Source: the human T2T-CHM13v2.0 reference genome, Homo sapiens
DNA: 64,000 bases
NCBI RefSeq assembly: GCF_009914755.1
Contig: NC_060932.1
Direction: 5' to 3' (one strand)
The notes beneath the pieces are model-generated. The model was not told the DNA's origin and did not search any database. It saw nothing but the letters and a program-made list of their open reading frames with translations. Of the stretch, positions 33,001 to 52,597 are shown piece after piece. The translations under genes and the position numbers were made by a program. The number at the start of each line of letters is the position of its first letter. Positions within the stretch are counted from its first letter, which is position 1.

Positions 33001-34724
33001 CCTAACACTGGAGCTCCAAAATTTATAAAAACAATTACTACTAACGTAAGAAATTAAATAGATGGCACCACAATAATAGTGGGGAACTTTAATACTCCAC
33101 TGACAGCACTAGACAGGCCATCAAGACAGAAGGTCAACAAAGAAACAATGGACTTAAACTATATCCTAGAACAAATGGACTTAACAGATATTCACAGAAC
33201 ATGCTACTCAACAATTGCAGAATGTACATTCTATTCATCAGCACATGGAACATTTTCCAAGATAGACCACATGATAGGCCACAAAACAAGCCTCAATAAA
33301 TTCAAGAAAATCAAAATTATATCAAGTACTCTTTCAGACCACAGTGGAATAAAGTTAGAAACCAACTCCAACCCTCAAAGTCATGCAAATACGTGGAAAT
33401 TAACTAATCTGCTCTGAATGATCTTTGGGTCAACAATGAAATCAAGACGGAAGTTAAAAAAGTACTTGAACTCAACGATAATAGTGACACAACTTATCAA
33501 AACCTCTGGGATATAGTAAAAGCAGTGCTAAGAGGAAAGTTCATAGCATTAAATGCCTACATCAAAAAGTTTTAAGAGCACAAACAGACAATCTAAGGAA
33601 TCTCAAAGAACTAGAGAAACAAGAACAAACCAACCCAAACCCACCAGAAGAAAAGAAATAACAAAGATCAGAGCAAAATTAAATGAAATTGAAACAAAAA
33701 AATACAAAAGATAAATGAAACAAAAAGCTGGTTCTTTGAAAAGATAAACAAAATTGATAGACCATTAGTGAGATAAACCAAAAAAAGGAGAGAGAAGATC
33801 CAAGTAAGCTCAATTAGAAATGAAATGGGAAATATTACAATTCATGCCACAGAAACGCAAAATATCATTCAAGGCTACTGTGAACACCTTTATGCACACA
33901 AACTAGAAAACCTAGAGGAGATGGATAAATTCCTGTAAATATACAACCCTCCTAGATTAAACCAGGAAGAAACAGAAAGTCTCAACAGACCAATAACAAG
34001 CAGTGAGATAGAAGTGGTCATTTAAAAAAATTACCAACAAATAAAGTTCAGGACCAGGTGGATTCACAGCTGAATTCTATCAGACATTCAAAGAAGAATT
34101 GGTACCAATCCTACTGAAACTACACCAAAAGATGGAGAAAGACGAGATCCTCTCTAAATCACTCTATGAAGCCAGTATCATCTTAATGCCAACACCAGGA
34201 AAGAACATAACAAAAAAAGAAAACTACAGACCAATATCCCTGATGAACATAGATCCAAAAATCCTCAACAAAATACTAGCTAACCAAATCTAGCAGCATA
34301 TCAAAAAGGTAATCCACCATGATCATGTGGATTTCATACCAGAGATTCAGGATGGTTTAACATGGGCAAGTCAATAAATGTGATACACTACAGAAACAGA
34401 ATTAAAAACAAAAATATAATCATCTCCATAGATGCAGAAAAAGTGTTTGACAAAATCCAGCATCCCTTTATGATTAAAACCCTCAGCAAAATCGGTGTAG
34501 AAGGGATATACCTTAACGTAATAAAAGCCATCTATGACAAATCCACAGCCAACATTACACTGAATGGAGAAAAGTTGAAAGCATACTACCTGAGAACTGG
34601 AACAAGACAAGGATGCCCACTTCCAACACTTCCATTCAACATAGTACTGGAAGTCCTAGCCAGAGCAATCAGACAAGAGAAAGAAATAAAAGGCATCCAA
34701 ATTAGTAAGAGGAAGTCAAACCAC
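30095..34724 (+). mobile_element. LINE-1 L1PB-type: most of the 5'UTR, ORF1 and 5' ORF2; 3' part missing
   Basis: Homologous to the 19897-26346 element; EN peptide GNFNTPLTALDR..SDHSGIKLE, RT peptide QGCPL; stops just before the FADD motif. Confidence 0.92.
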
Positions 34725-35023
34725 CAGCCTGTAATCCCAGCACTTTGGGAAGCCAAGGGTAGTGGATCACCTGAGGTCAGAAGTTCAAGATCCGCCTGGC
34801 CAACATGGTGAAACCCCATCTCTACTAAAAATACAAAAAAATTAGCTGGGCATGGTGGTGGGCATCTGTAACCCCAGCTACTCCGGGGGCTGAGAGAGGA
34901 GAACTGCTTGAACCTGGGAGGCGGAGGTTGTAGTGAGCCGAGATCATGCCATGCACTCCAGCCTGGGCGATAGAGTAAGACTCCATCTCAAAAATAAATA
35001 AATAAATAAATAAATAAATAAAT
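34725..35023 (+). mobile_element. AluS lacking ~20 nt at the 5' end, abutting the truncated L1
   Basis: Starts at gcctgtaatcccag; (AAAT)n tail. Confidence 0.93.
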
Positions 35024-35145
35024 AGAGATTTTAGGTAGGACATTTGACCCAACTTCATTTTTGTGAAAGGTGCAGAATCTGTGATAATTCCAAAGGAGTA
35101 TTCTCTTAAGACAAGGTCAAAATATGGTTAATGTCAGAATTCTAT

Positions 35146-35430
35146 CTCTTTCACCCAGGCTGGGGTGCAGCGGCACAATCTCATCTCATTGCAACCTCTG
35201 CCTCCCGGGTTCAAGTGATTTTCCTGCCTCAGTCTGCTGAGTAGCTGGGATTACAGGCATGCACCATCCCGCCCAGCTAATTTTTGTATTTTTTTGTAGA
35301 GACAGGGTTTCACCATGTTGGCCAGGCTGGTCTCAAACTCCTGGCCTCAAGTGATCCGCCCATCTCGGCCTCTGCCCATCTCGACCTCCCAAAGTGCTGG
35401 GATTACAAGAGTGAGCCACTGCACCCAGCC
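35146..35430 (-). mobile_element. Tailless AluS
   Basis: Antisense Alu without T tail; TSD taatgtcagaatt. Confidence 0.9.
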
Positions 35431-35598
35431 AGTAATGTCAGAATTTTAAAACTTGGTAAACAATTTTTCTGCCAAAACACCAGCCTCCAGGGCCACCCCA
35501 AGGGGACTAACATGACGTTTGGGTCCAGCAGTAGGACTGAGTCCAGGCACTGCCCCGAAGTGATGAGAAAGGGTCACATCTGAAGAGTTTGCCCAAGG

Positions 35599-36035
35599 TG
35601 TCAAAGATGCTCTCCTTTTACCAAAACATTCGTCAGGCTCTGTTTGACTAGGCCTGACCTTGAGCTTCCCTCTCTGTCCTTGTAGAATCCAATTAGAGCA
35701 AGAATCCTGCTAAGTCAGTTTAGTGAAAATCCCCCACCCTAGATATCTCACTACCCTCAATATTTTATCACCTTGACCTTCCTTTGGCAATAATCCTATC
35801 AAGTCAGTTTAGCCAGAAATCCCCTTTACCCTTGAGGTTTCTTCTTACTAATTTCCCACCCACTGACCTCCTCCCTGTCCCTTGGCTGTAAAGGCCCAAT
35901 TGTCCTTGTTGGAATGGGAGTCAAGTCTTGTCTCTATCCCTCACTGCAAGACCACATTGTAGTGGTCCCATCACTGTGGTCCCTCTTGAATAAAGTCTGC
36001 CTTAATGTCTCTACCAAATGGCCAATATTTTTTTC
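35599..36035 (+). mobile_element. MER31-type ERV1 solo LTR
   Basis: Repeated aagaatcctgctaagtcagtttag unit, AATAAA near the end. Confidence 0.8.
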
Positions 36036-36054
36036 TTCTTTTTGCTTTAGTTTC

Positions 36055-36772
<718 letters not shown>

Positions 36773-38375
36773 TTCCTTTCATTTTTTGCAAATATAGAAA
36801 GAAAGAGCGGGATGAAATGGGAATGAGCCAAGGTAGAGTAAAGCTACACTGGGGCCCTGAAAGAGCAGGGTCAGGAGGGAGGCCAGGAGAGCCAAGAGTT
36901 TCTGCCAATGGCTCTGTGGGATGCTGAAGCTGGCTTTAATACCATGCCAGCACTGATCAGCTGCCCTTGAGCAGTGATCCAGACAGCCACTTCCTCACTA
37001 TCTGAGAGAACTTCCCTCCAACAAAGGCTGTAAGCACCTCCTCACATCTCTGTCCCTGCCCACCCCTGTCTTCTCTGCAGAAGAGAACAGCACATAGCAG
37101 GCATGCACATAGCAAGCATTCACTGAATGAATGATTGTGTGGAATTTGCAGACTAGTTAAAATGCAATCACAACAGCACCAAAGTAGCATTGTCTTCCCA
37201 GGCAATGTTCCTTTTCATTTACTTTAAGCTATGAATAGACAACCACTGTATCAAGGATAAAATCATGAAAAGCAAGCACATGTGTAGAACTTATTGACTG
37301 AGTAAAACAGAACCTATTGAAAGTGGCATGTTGACAAGTATACATAATTGTTACCATATTGCAGGTAAATAAGCTTAAATGGTCAGTCATTCTCATAAAT
37401 GACCTCTGTTAATAATATTCTTACCCAGAAAAGCAAATTTTAGAGTTTTATTCTTTTGCTAGTTCTGCAGTATTTATAACTGATATCAATGTCAACTCTC
37501 TTCCCTATATTTCCCAGCTGTCATTTAATCAAATATCCTTAGAATGTTGAAGTTGAGCTAGAAACTCAGAGGTGTTCAATGTGAGCCTCCACTTAACAGA
37601 GAAAATCTTTTTACAGTATCCTTCACCAACACCCCCATACACACAGAGAGAGACAGAGAGAGAGAGCTTTAATCAGATGCCTCCAGCTCGCTACCTCCAA
37701 GCTAGGTGCCCTAGGAACTCTAGAGCCTTGACATCAGAAACTCCAAGCCTAGGGCTGAGTCGCCTGCCCAGAGGTCAAGGTCACACACAAGAAGAGGAAA
37801 TGAAGGTGAAGAGCATTGGCACAGGAAAATTCCTGGGCATGTGAGAATTTTGGATTCAAGAAATAAAATGAGATGAGTTAGAACTGGAGGGAGGAGGAGG
37901 GAGAAGGAAAAGAAATGACCTGGTCCCCTACTGTTTCTTTTAACTCCATCCTGCTGTACATCTAAAGCAGATTTACTTTCCCAGCCAGTTTCTGCAACAA
38001 TGAGTCAGTGGCCAGGAGAAATCTGTCTCCACCTCCCTAAAAATACTAACTTGCTATTGCCAGATGTTGCTCTAACCAGAGACAGAGCACTCCCAGACCC
38101 CAGTGACAGATAGAAGTCTTTTATGGGCAAATACCTAGAAGGCAGAACTTATTGGTGTGAATGAGTTTCTGTCAATGTGTAAAAAAGATCAGGTATTTTT
38201 CTGTTTGGACAGAGAATCAGCCAGATGGCAAATAATTTAGGCAAGAGCAAAAGAAAAAGAAAGAATAAGTTGTGCAGAGGGAAGTACAGACATAGGACTG
38301 TTCTGATCCGGGCTTTTCCTGATGATTGATCCTATTTCCAGCTGCAACGTGCATTGTATTTTTCTATGAGTTTGC

Positions 38376-38676
38376 TTTTTTTTTTTTTTTTTTTTTTTAG
38401 AAGAGTCTAGCTCTGTCACCAGGCTGCAGTGCAATGGCGCGCGATCTCAATTCACTGCAACCTCCGCCGCCCGGTTTCAAGCGATTCTCCTGCCTCAGCC
38501 TTCCGAGTAGCTGGGACTACAGGCACAGGCGACCATGCCCAGCTAATTTTTGCATTTTAGTACAGACGGGGTTTCACCACGTTGGCCAGTATGGCCTCAA
38601 TCTCCTGACCTTGTGATCTGTCTGCTTCGGCCTCCCAAAATGCTGGGATTACAGGTATGAGCCACTGCGTCCAGCC
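38376..38676 (-). mobile_element. AluS (Sc-like)
   Basis: Antisense dimer, T tail. Confidence 0.93.
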
Positions 38677-38891
38677 AAAAATAACCTAGCTAGATTACTT
38701 GTTTTCTTTCCTAAGCCACCTGACCCTGTAGGTCTATCTGATGTCTGTCTTATCGTGTGCCTCACATTGTATTGGGGAGTATTAATGGCCTCCTTCACTA
38801 AACCACAAACTCCCTGAGGGTAGACAGCGTCTGGACCTAATATCTCTCTTTAAGATAATTGGGGTGTAGAGCACAATGGGCAGAGGGACCA

Positions 38892-39637
38892 GTGATGGGG
38901 GTCCCCAAGACTACCCTCAGGTTCAGGGACACTTCAGAAAAATTTGCAGAATTCAGAAAAGCTATTATACACATGGTTATAGTTCTTGACAGCAAAAAGA
39001 CACAGAGACCAATCAGCAGAGATAAAGAGCACATTAGTCAGGCCAAGCAAGGTGGCTCGCGCCTATAATCCCACCATTTTGGGAGGCCGAGGCTGGATGA
39101 TTGCTTAAGCCCAGGAGTTCAAAAGCTTGGGCAACATAGTGAGACCCTGTCTCTAAAAAAAAAAAAAAAAAAACACATCAGGCAGAGGCCAGGAGAAGAA
39201 AGACCAACTGTCTTCTTCTCATTCTAGATGTCCTCTCCTCTTCTCATGGGTTATACAGGCAGCACCTGTCATTCTCCCAGCAATGAGGTGTGATGCCAAC
39301 CTGAGAAGCTCGCTTGAGCCTCAATGTCCAGGATTTTTATTGGTAGTCAGTCACACGGGCATAGAGCACCCACATGGCTCACCCTAGTTTCTCAATCTCC
39401 AGCCACTCCAGATGTCAACTAGATACTGTGTCACCCAAGTCCCCCACCATAAATCACATTGCCAGCATGAACTACCTGGGTGGCTCAAGGTCCCAGGTAA
39501 ACAGAAACACTTTCATCAGGCATGACACTCAAAGGGCTTAGAGGTGATCTCCCAGGAGCAGTCAAGGGCCAGCCCTTTCTTTGTTAAGTGCAGGGTTTGA
39601 ACACCCCAGACCTGCTGTGTCAACCCTTTATTGTGCA
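38892..39637 (-). mobile_element. MER21/MER77-family LTR interrupted by a FLAM (39040-39173, +)
   Basis: ggggtccccaagactaccctcaggttca; cccccaccataaatcacattg; ggcttagaggtgatctcccaggagc. Confidence 0.8.
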
Positions 39638-39845
39638 GGATCAAAGGAAGATAAACTGCACCATAGGTGCATGTGCTTACCAATCAAAGGGGTTTCTAAG
39701 CAAGTCTTGCCTAGTACTAAGCCAATTTAGCCAATCTCTCAATTTCAATGAGAATCAATTCTGGCTAAGGATGGAATCCATGTAAATAGGAACAGATAAT
39801 TTGCTAGTGTTAAACTTTTAAAACATTCTATTTAAGAAATAAGCA

Positions 39846-40210
<365 letters not shown>

Positions 40211-40284
40211 ATGAAGCATATGCTGCAAAACGATGTCTTTCACCTTAAGGCAAACTTTAAAAAGAGATGAGGGCTTACATTTCA

Positions 40285-40706
<422 letters not shown>

Positions 40707-40762
40707 AGGAACTATAAAATAGAATACACCTATGTCAAAAAGGGAATATAAAATGTCTCTGA

Positions 40763-41055
<293 letters not shown>

Positions 41056-41123
41056 GTCTCTGAAAGGAAGTGGATGGGAGTCAGGTGATGGACAAAATAG
41101 GCTAGCAAAGATTTGGCCTAGTT

Positions 41124-42279
<1,156 letters not shown>

Positions 42280-43163
42280 TTAGAGAAATATGCAGTCTGT
42301 CTGACAGCCTTGGAGGCTTTGAAGGCTGAGTCCACTAAGATAACAAAGGGTGACACTGAGAAATGGACCTGAAAGCCTGGGATAATCTGTGTGTCAGTAT
42401 GGGGGACAATTGTGTCTCTGCTCCTACTCCTTTCCCCACAAAGCACAGGAGTGCACCTTTCTAGGGTAAGTAACTGTCTAACTTTGCCCAGGACAGTCTT
42501 GTTTCAGCACTGAATTTCCCATGTCCTGAGAAATCTTTCCTGAATGTAAAAGGTCCCTTTTTTTTTTTTTTTTAAATCATGAGTGGAGAAATTGGGAGAA
42601 AAGTACAGAAGCCCAAAAAATAGGAGCTGCAAGTGATACTGCTTTTAGTGTCAAACAGATATGGCCCATATTACTCACCTTCCAAAGACACTATCACTGT
42701 CATCTCCCCTGACCACTGATGCTGCTAACAGCAATCTGTAGTTCACAGTACTGGATCATCCATTGTTAGCTCACTCTGAGTGATGTGACTTCAGAGTGCA
42801 AGTTAAGTGCGTTGTAATTTTTTCTTTGTCTGTGTAGTAACTGTTGAGCTTTGTATTAAAATACTGCTATTTTAGTTTTTTACATTGTGAATACTGTGAA
42901 CATGTTTTCTAAGAGTTCAGGTCATCAAAATGAGAATGACTACAACACTAACACCAGCATGACCCAGATATCATCAGACAAAAAGGCAAAACAACTGTGC
43001 TATGTTAGTATCAGTTGGAAGGACACAGGTAACTGGATTAGGAAGGTAAATAATCAACACAAAGCATGCTGCACAATATGCCAGAAAGAATCTGGGATTG
43101 GGCACAGTAGAAAAGTGGATGTGGAAGCACCTATGGACACCACTTCTCAAAAGTCTGGGATGA

Positions 43164-43568
<405 letters not shown>

Positions 43569-43732
43569 TGAATTACCTTGGGTATTCCACACAAACACAC
43601 ATTATCGTATCCTTCCCCTGATTGCTCTATGAAATTGAGTAAAGTAATAAAGTCACATTTTCTGATTCAGAAAACGCAACGAAAATGCCCTGTGGGCAAA
43701 CAAAAGAGAAAATTGTGATAAATTCTGTGGTA

Positions 43733-44220
43733 GTCCATGGCCTGTTAGGAACCAGGCAGCACAGCAGGTAGTGAGTGACAGCAAGCGAACAAAGCTTCAT
43801 CTGTATTTACAGCTGCTCCCTATTGCTCACATCACTGCCTGAGCTGTGCCTCCTGTCAGATCAGCAGCAGCATTGGATTCCCATAGGAGCACAAACCCTA
43901 TTGTGAACTGTGCACGCAAGGGATCTAGGTTTCATGCTCCTTTGAGAATCTAATGCCTGATGATCTGTCACTGTTTTCCATCACCCCTGGATAGGACCAT
44001 CTAGTTGCAGAAGAACAAGCTCAGGGTTCCTACTGATTCTACATTATGATGAGTTGTATAATTTTCTCATTATATATTACAATAAAATAATAATAGAAAA
44101 AAAGTGCACAATAAATGTAATACACTTGAATCATCCTGAAACTATCCCCACCCTCCAGTCCCTGGAAAAATTGCCTTCTACAAAACCGGTACCTAGTGCC
44201 AAAAAGGTTAGGGACCGCTG
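43733..44220. mobile_element. MER1A (hAT-Charlie), one end clipped
   Basis: gtccatggcctgttaggaacc...gccaaaaaggttagggaccgctg. Confidence 0.9.
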
Positions 44221-44493
44221 CCATAGCACTCATTCCATAAATCTGACCAGTGATTATGCTTTTTATGGTATATCAAGTGAAGCACTGAATCGCAGCAACA
44301 AAAAATACTCCCCCTAACTCTTAGGTACTTTGAATTTAAGAATGCAGTGTCAAATCATCTTGATCAACAGTCTTGCCCAAATAAAACTAGACTTTGCTCA
44401 TCTATCTGCATAATTGGCAAACTGTACAAATCTAAATTTTAGCAAATCCTACTCAGTCTACAAACTTGTTACCAAAGAAAATGAAAATATCTG

Positions 44494-44764
44494 GAAGGAC
44501 ATGGTGGCTCATGCCTGTAATCCCAGCACTTTAGGAGGCCGAGGCGGGTGGATCACCTGAAGTTGGGAGTTTGAGACCAGCCTGACCAACATGGAGAAAC
44601 CCCGTCTCTACTAAAAAAACAAAATTAGCCGGGTGTGGCAGCACATGCCTGTAGTCCCAGCTAGTCGGGAGGCTACAGCTAGAGAGTCGCTTGAACCCGG
44701 GAGGCAGAGGTTGTGGTGAGCTAGATCGCATCATTGCACTCCAGCCTGGGCAACAGAGTGAGAT
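44494..44764 (+). mobile_element. AluSp-like
   Basis: Dimer whose tail is replaced by a purine microsatellite. Confidence 0.93.
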
Positions 44765-45062
<298 letters not shown>

Positions 45063-45075
45063 AAAATGAAAATAT

Positions 45076-45409
<334 letters not shown>

Positions 45410-45860
45410 TTAAATGTCCACCATACCGTGTACATTAACACTGCCCAAAAAAAGGGAGGATATGATTTGCTTACCTGTGATACTGAGGTTTTCGTAATGA
45501 AAGTCTTTGATTCCTTTTCAGTTTCTTTGAAACGTACAGAAGCACTTAATGAGATTTTTAACGTTATAAAAATAGAGGTGTCTTACTGCCTGGTAGGATG
45601 ATTACCTTGTTGCTGGCCATAGGAAACATGTTAAAGGATGGCTTGCCATAAAATTGCCGTTTCTAAATATAGGACAAGAAGAATGTCCTTCTCTGTTTGG
45701 AAATATGTTGGAGATGAGAATGAGAAAAGGATTATAGTAAAACAGATTTATATGCTCTTTCTCCAAAATAGTGTTACGGTCTGTGAAGAGGTCGAAAGGA
45801 TGAACTGACTGTACCTGATGTTTGAAGTCACATGTAGGTTGCAATAAAAAGTCAAATAGC

Positions 45861-46195
<335 letters not shown>

Positions 46196-46789
46196 TCATT
46201 GTTTTGGAAATAAGACTACTTCTGTGCTCAAAAATTTGTTACCAGGAGAGAGCAGCCAAGTTAAATAAGACTTTTTCATTTCTTTACTAAAACTACAACT
46301 TATTTGGAATCCAGCTTTAATTTCACAAGTTCAAAATTACTTCTGTGCTTTAAAACCATTTTCCTTGAGAAATAGAGATTTAACTTATAATGACATCAGA
46401 TGTGATTCAGGGTCTGTAAAAATGGTGGACATTTTAGACATGGATAACATAGATTATGAATTTATAGATATAAAAGATCCAGTTGACAAACAGATGGTTT
46501 ACTATCCTATAGATACAAAGTGAGTGGGTGGTTTTGGTGAGGTGGAAACTAATTATTAAAAGTCTAAAAACCTGCTATTTCTAGTAATTAAAATCCTAAC
46601 CATCATATGGCCAAATGCCTTTTTTGAGAGGATAATTAGCCTGATGTTATCACATTGGCCTGACACCAGGAATCAATATAATGTGGACTTGATAAGAGAA
46701 GAGCTGCAAGTGGGTGAATTTTATTTTGATTGTGTTCAGTTTTACTACTACATGAAAGAAAAAAAATGCTATTCCAAAAGCTGCTATCA

Positions 46790-47120
46790 GGCTGGGCGCG
46801 GTGGCTCACGCCTGTAATCCCAGCACTTTGGGAGGCCGAGGTGGGTAGATCACTTGAGGTCAGGATATTGAGACCAGCCTGGCCAACATGGTGCAACCCC
46901 GTCTCTATTAAAAATACAAAAATTAGCTGGGTGTGGTGGCGGGAGCCTGTAATCACAGCTACTAGGGAGGCTGAGGAGGGAGAATTGCTTGAACACGGGG
47001 GGGCAGAGATTGCAGTGTCCTGAAATCACACCACTGCACTCCAGCCTGGGTGATAGAGCAAGACTCTGTCTCAAATAAATAAAAATATAAATAAACAAAC
47101 AAACAAACAAATAAATAAAA
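46790..47120 (+). mobile_element. AluS
   Basis: Full dimer; TSD aaaagctgc(t/a)atc. Confidence 0.95.
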
Positions 47121-48177
47121 GCTGCAATCGGCCTAAAGAAGGATTATTGGAGAAGGAAACAGAAAGAGTAAAAATATCCAAATATATCATTGCTATTTTC
47201 TATTAAATATATATAAAAACTGGGGTTTTTGTCTAAGATTTGCTTTTGTTTGTTTGTTTTGTTTTGTACTACTGCGTTGCATGTTGGGTCTCTTAAATAT
47301 TGATCACCCAAATTTTTCCACCAATACTGTGCTATCCAGATCTTCTCTAGATAAATCAGATAACTCGAGCGGAAAGTGAGGTTTTTTGTTGGAATATTGG
47401 TGACCCAGAATAAGGCCTTCTTCATTCAAGCATGGAGGAGGAGGAGCCCCCGTTGGACAGTTCATGCCCCTTTCACTCAGCTCATGCAAATCCTGCCAGT
47501 TAAAGATCCCTGCTGGCCCCATACAGTTTCAGGTCAGAATCTTTCCTGAAAGGAGAGTCCTCACCAGAAAACAGCTACTTACCTAGCTCTCAAGGAAACC
47601 CAGCTGGCTACACAGTCCTTTTACCTTAAATGTGAACAGACTACCAGAGGTCACCAGGAAAATGAACAGAATCAAATATCTTCATTCCAAACAAAATTTT
47701 AAAAGAGGGGGTGGCAAAAAGAACCATAAGAAATAGAAATAACTTAGGAAGCAAGGGAAAAATTTTAAAGTACCCTCTTCAAAAAGGTATTTTACATCCC
47801 TAAAGAATAGGAACATGCCACACACAAAAATAAATAAATAATTTTTTTTAAGCCAGATACAGTGCACTTCTGTAATCCCAGCTACTTGGGAGGCTGAGGC
47901 AGAAGAATTGCTTGAACTCAAGCATTTGTGTCTAGCCTAGGCAACATGGTGAGACCCCATCTCCAAAAAATAATATGATAATAAGACACTTTAGAGATTC
48001 AAAGTATGTTTGATAGCACACTATCAGGTACCAGCGACCAAAGTTAAATAAACTTCTTAAAACATAGAGTAAAAAAAGAAATTTTAATAAGAATCTAGGG
48101 ACATAGGGATTGATCCAAGAGAGCCATGTAACAAATGTCCCAGAAAGAGAGTACAGAGAGAGTCTGAGAAACCATCA

Positions 48178-48814
<637 letters not shown>

Positions 48815-50319
48815 TCAGATTGAAGAGACCTACTGAGGATAAACTCAATAAATGAAAAAGACCTAGCCCAATCCTCCTAAAATTATAGAACATCAAGGAC
48901 AAAAAGAACATCCTAAGGTCTTTTACTGAGGAAAAAGAAATTACGTACAAAGAAACACAAATCAGACTAGGATCAGACTTTCTCTTCAGCAACGTTGGTG
49001 GCCAGAAACTATGTGAACAACGCCTTCCAATGTCTAATGGAAATCATTTCAATTCTAAAATTGTATCATCCAAGAAATAAGTGACCAATTGCAATTAGAT
49101 GATAAAGATGATTTGAGATGTGCAAGGACTCAGGAGGTTTATATCCTATGCACACCTTACTACAAACTTCTAGGAGGTCTCCAGGAGAAAAGAAGGGAGG
49201 GTAAGAAAGTGAGGATGGGGATTCAATAAAATAAAATATATTATCATGAACTTAGAGAAAACTTAGGAAGTAGCAAAAAAAAAAAGAAGAAAAAAAAAGA
49301 AAGAAAGAAAAGAAAATTAGAAACTTTAGGGGGAAAATCTAAATACAAACAAAGTCCAAAAAAAGAGACAAAATAAATTAGGAGATAACATGAAGCAACA
49401 GTAAAGTGTAAGGAAAATAAACCATGGATGGCTTTAGGAACATTCTTTTTTGAATGACAATGGAATCTGTGGGTAGGAACATATCTCCTTCCCGAGGATC
49501 CACTTGTCATTCAATGGAGACACATCACTTGCCCTAAATTTAGTAGCCTTCACCTAGTCATAATAATTTAAGAGCTGCTTATTGCTTTTGAACTTTTAGA
49601 ATCAACTTGAACTGTGGTAGCAAGAGAGAAAGTCAATGTGAACAACCTGAAGGTGGTAAAAATACATGCAAATGACAGCATTGGGAGTCAAAATGAGTCA
49701 AGGAAAGGGTAGAAATCCTGATACCTTATAGAAAGTGGGCAGTAAAGAGACGGTATTTAAAGTTGCTAAAATAAGAAGTACATTACTCAAAGTTGTAAAG
49801 CTAATCAGTAAAAGAACTAAAAATAATAGCACAAATATCAAACAATAGAAAGTGGCTGGAGAAAAAAAGGTGGAGGGTAAACCCCCTGGTGTATCCCAGT
49901 GAGATTAACAGCCCACCAAAGTGGCATGAAAGTTACTTCAAACTGAAAACATCTAAGCCCTCAGCAGCCCCCAAAAGATACATGATCCATACTTAAGCAG
50001 AGCCTCCTGAAAATACAGATGCCGTTGACCCCCCTCCAAAGGAATTTCCTGTTTGGGAGAAGACTGACCCTCAGCAGTGATAAGTGCAAATTCAGCTGCC
50101 TGCCAGCATCACAAAGACCAATGGAACCTTCCTTCTTCTCCCACTGAAGCCCTAAACCATCCCTTCTTTGTTAGGTTGGTATGTAAAGCTCTATCTCTGG
50201 CCTTTCAGTGAGTTCTTAACTACTGAATACTCCCACAATGCATAATGGACTTTTCTCCTTTTATTCTGTCTCTTCTCAGTTAATTCATAGATCATCAACC
50301 AGCCAGACCTAAAGAAAAG

Positions 50320-50611
50320 TTTTTCTTTTTTTCTTGTTCTATTAGAGACGAGGTCTTGCTCTGTCACCCAGGCTGGAGTGCAGTGGTACAATCATAGCTC
50401 ACTACTGCCTCAAACTCCTGGGTTCAAGTGATCCTCCCACCTCAGACTCCTACAGGTGTGCATCACCACAACTGACTAATTTTTAAATTTTTTGTAGAAA
50501 CAGGATCTCACTGTATTGCCCAGGCTGGCCTCAAGCTCCTGGCCTCAGATGTCTTCCCTCCTTGGCCTCCCAAAGCACTGGAATTATAGGCATGAGCCAC
50601 TGTGCCCAGCC
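50320..50611 (-). mobile_element. AluJ
   Basis: Antisense dimer at the end of the 5' LTR. Confidence 0.92.
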
Positions 50612-51214
50612 TCATGGCTGAAAGTTTTTGAATGAAAGCCATACACTCTCTATTTGCATTTGTCTGTATCTTTATGTATGTATATATGTGTGCATATGCA
50701 TGTTACGTATATGTGATATTTTCCTATCTGCAGATGCTATTGGCAAATTGATTTATAAATCCCATGATATAGCTCTATTCTAATTCACTTAGAGGAAAAT
50801 AAGCACTTATATAAATAAAATATTCCTAAAACACCCAGAAGTATAGAAACTAATTCAAATGCTTTTCAAGTTCATGTAATTTTGACAACGAAGAATAGCC
50901 TGATATTCTAAGTTTACTAAAAACTGGTATATATTCAGGGTTGTCAGCCTTAAATATAATGCAGTCATATATTTTTCTTCTACCTGTATTTGCAAATCAA
51001 ATATGCTAATATTATATATAGTAGATGTTTAACATAATAAAACTTATAGATTTGAATTTAAACAAATGGAGTCATTATTGTAACAAATTATATTTAAACA
51101 ATTTTAATCATGTTTTATGTCTGCCTACAGATAGTTTCCAAAATCTTTTTGGTGACTTGCAACCTTACTGTTATGATAGGTAATATATATTCATTAAAAA
51201 TCTAAATAATTTCA

Positions 51215-51533
51215 GGCCAGGTGCCGTGGCTCATGCCTGTAATCTCAGCACTTTGGGAGGCCGAGGCAAGCAGATCACCTGAGGTCAGGAGTTCGAGACC
51301 AGCCTGACCAACATGGAGAAACCCCATCTCTACTAAAAATACAAAATTAGCTGGGCATGGTGGCGCATGCCTGTAATCCCAGCTACTCGGGAGGCTGAGG
51401 CAGGAGTATCACTTGAACCAGGGAGGCAGAGGTCACAGTGATCCAAACCGCACCACTGCACTCCAGCCTGGGCAACAAGAACAAAACACCGTCCCCAGAC
51501 GCACACACACAAAATAATAATAATAATAATAAT
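51215..51533 (+). mobile_element. AluSp-like
   Basis: Full dimer, (CA)n(AAT)n tail. Confidence 0.95.
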
Positions 51534-51633
51534 TGAAAAATTTCTAAGTAAGAAACTACTGAAATATTTATTAGTAAGTAAACATAATTTAAGTGTATAT
51601 ACTTTTGGCTTCCTAGTCTTACAAAGAGACTAA

Positions 51634-52012
<379 letters not shown>

Positions 52013-52213
52013 TAAAGAAGCATATACCTCTAGAAATTATGAGATGATATATTCATAAAATGTGCTAATCTGCTACGAAATGCCAGCATATGACAAACAA
52101 TTCACAACTGTCTACTCCTTAGTTTTCTCTGCAAAATAAAGGTTACAAATAGATAAAAATTATAATGTGTAAATGAAACTACTAGAAATAAGGGTAAAGA
52201 GAAACAAGTTTGA

Positions 52214-52597
<384 letters not shown>

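Noticed and set aside
47351-47375. Possible 25-nt micro-exon (tcttctctag|...|gtgagg)
   Set aside because: Splice-like motifs alone are common; no recognisable peptide or neighbouring exons
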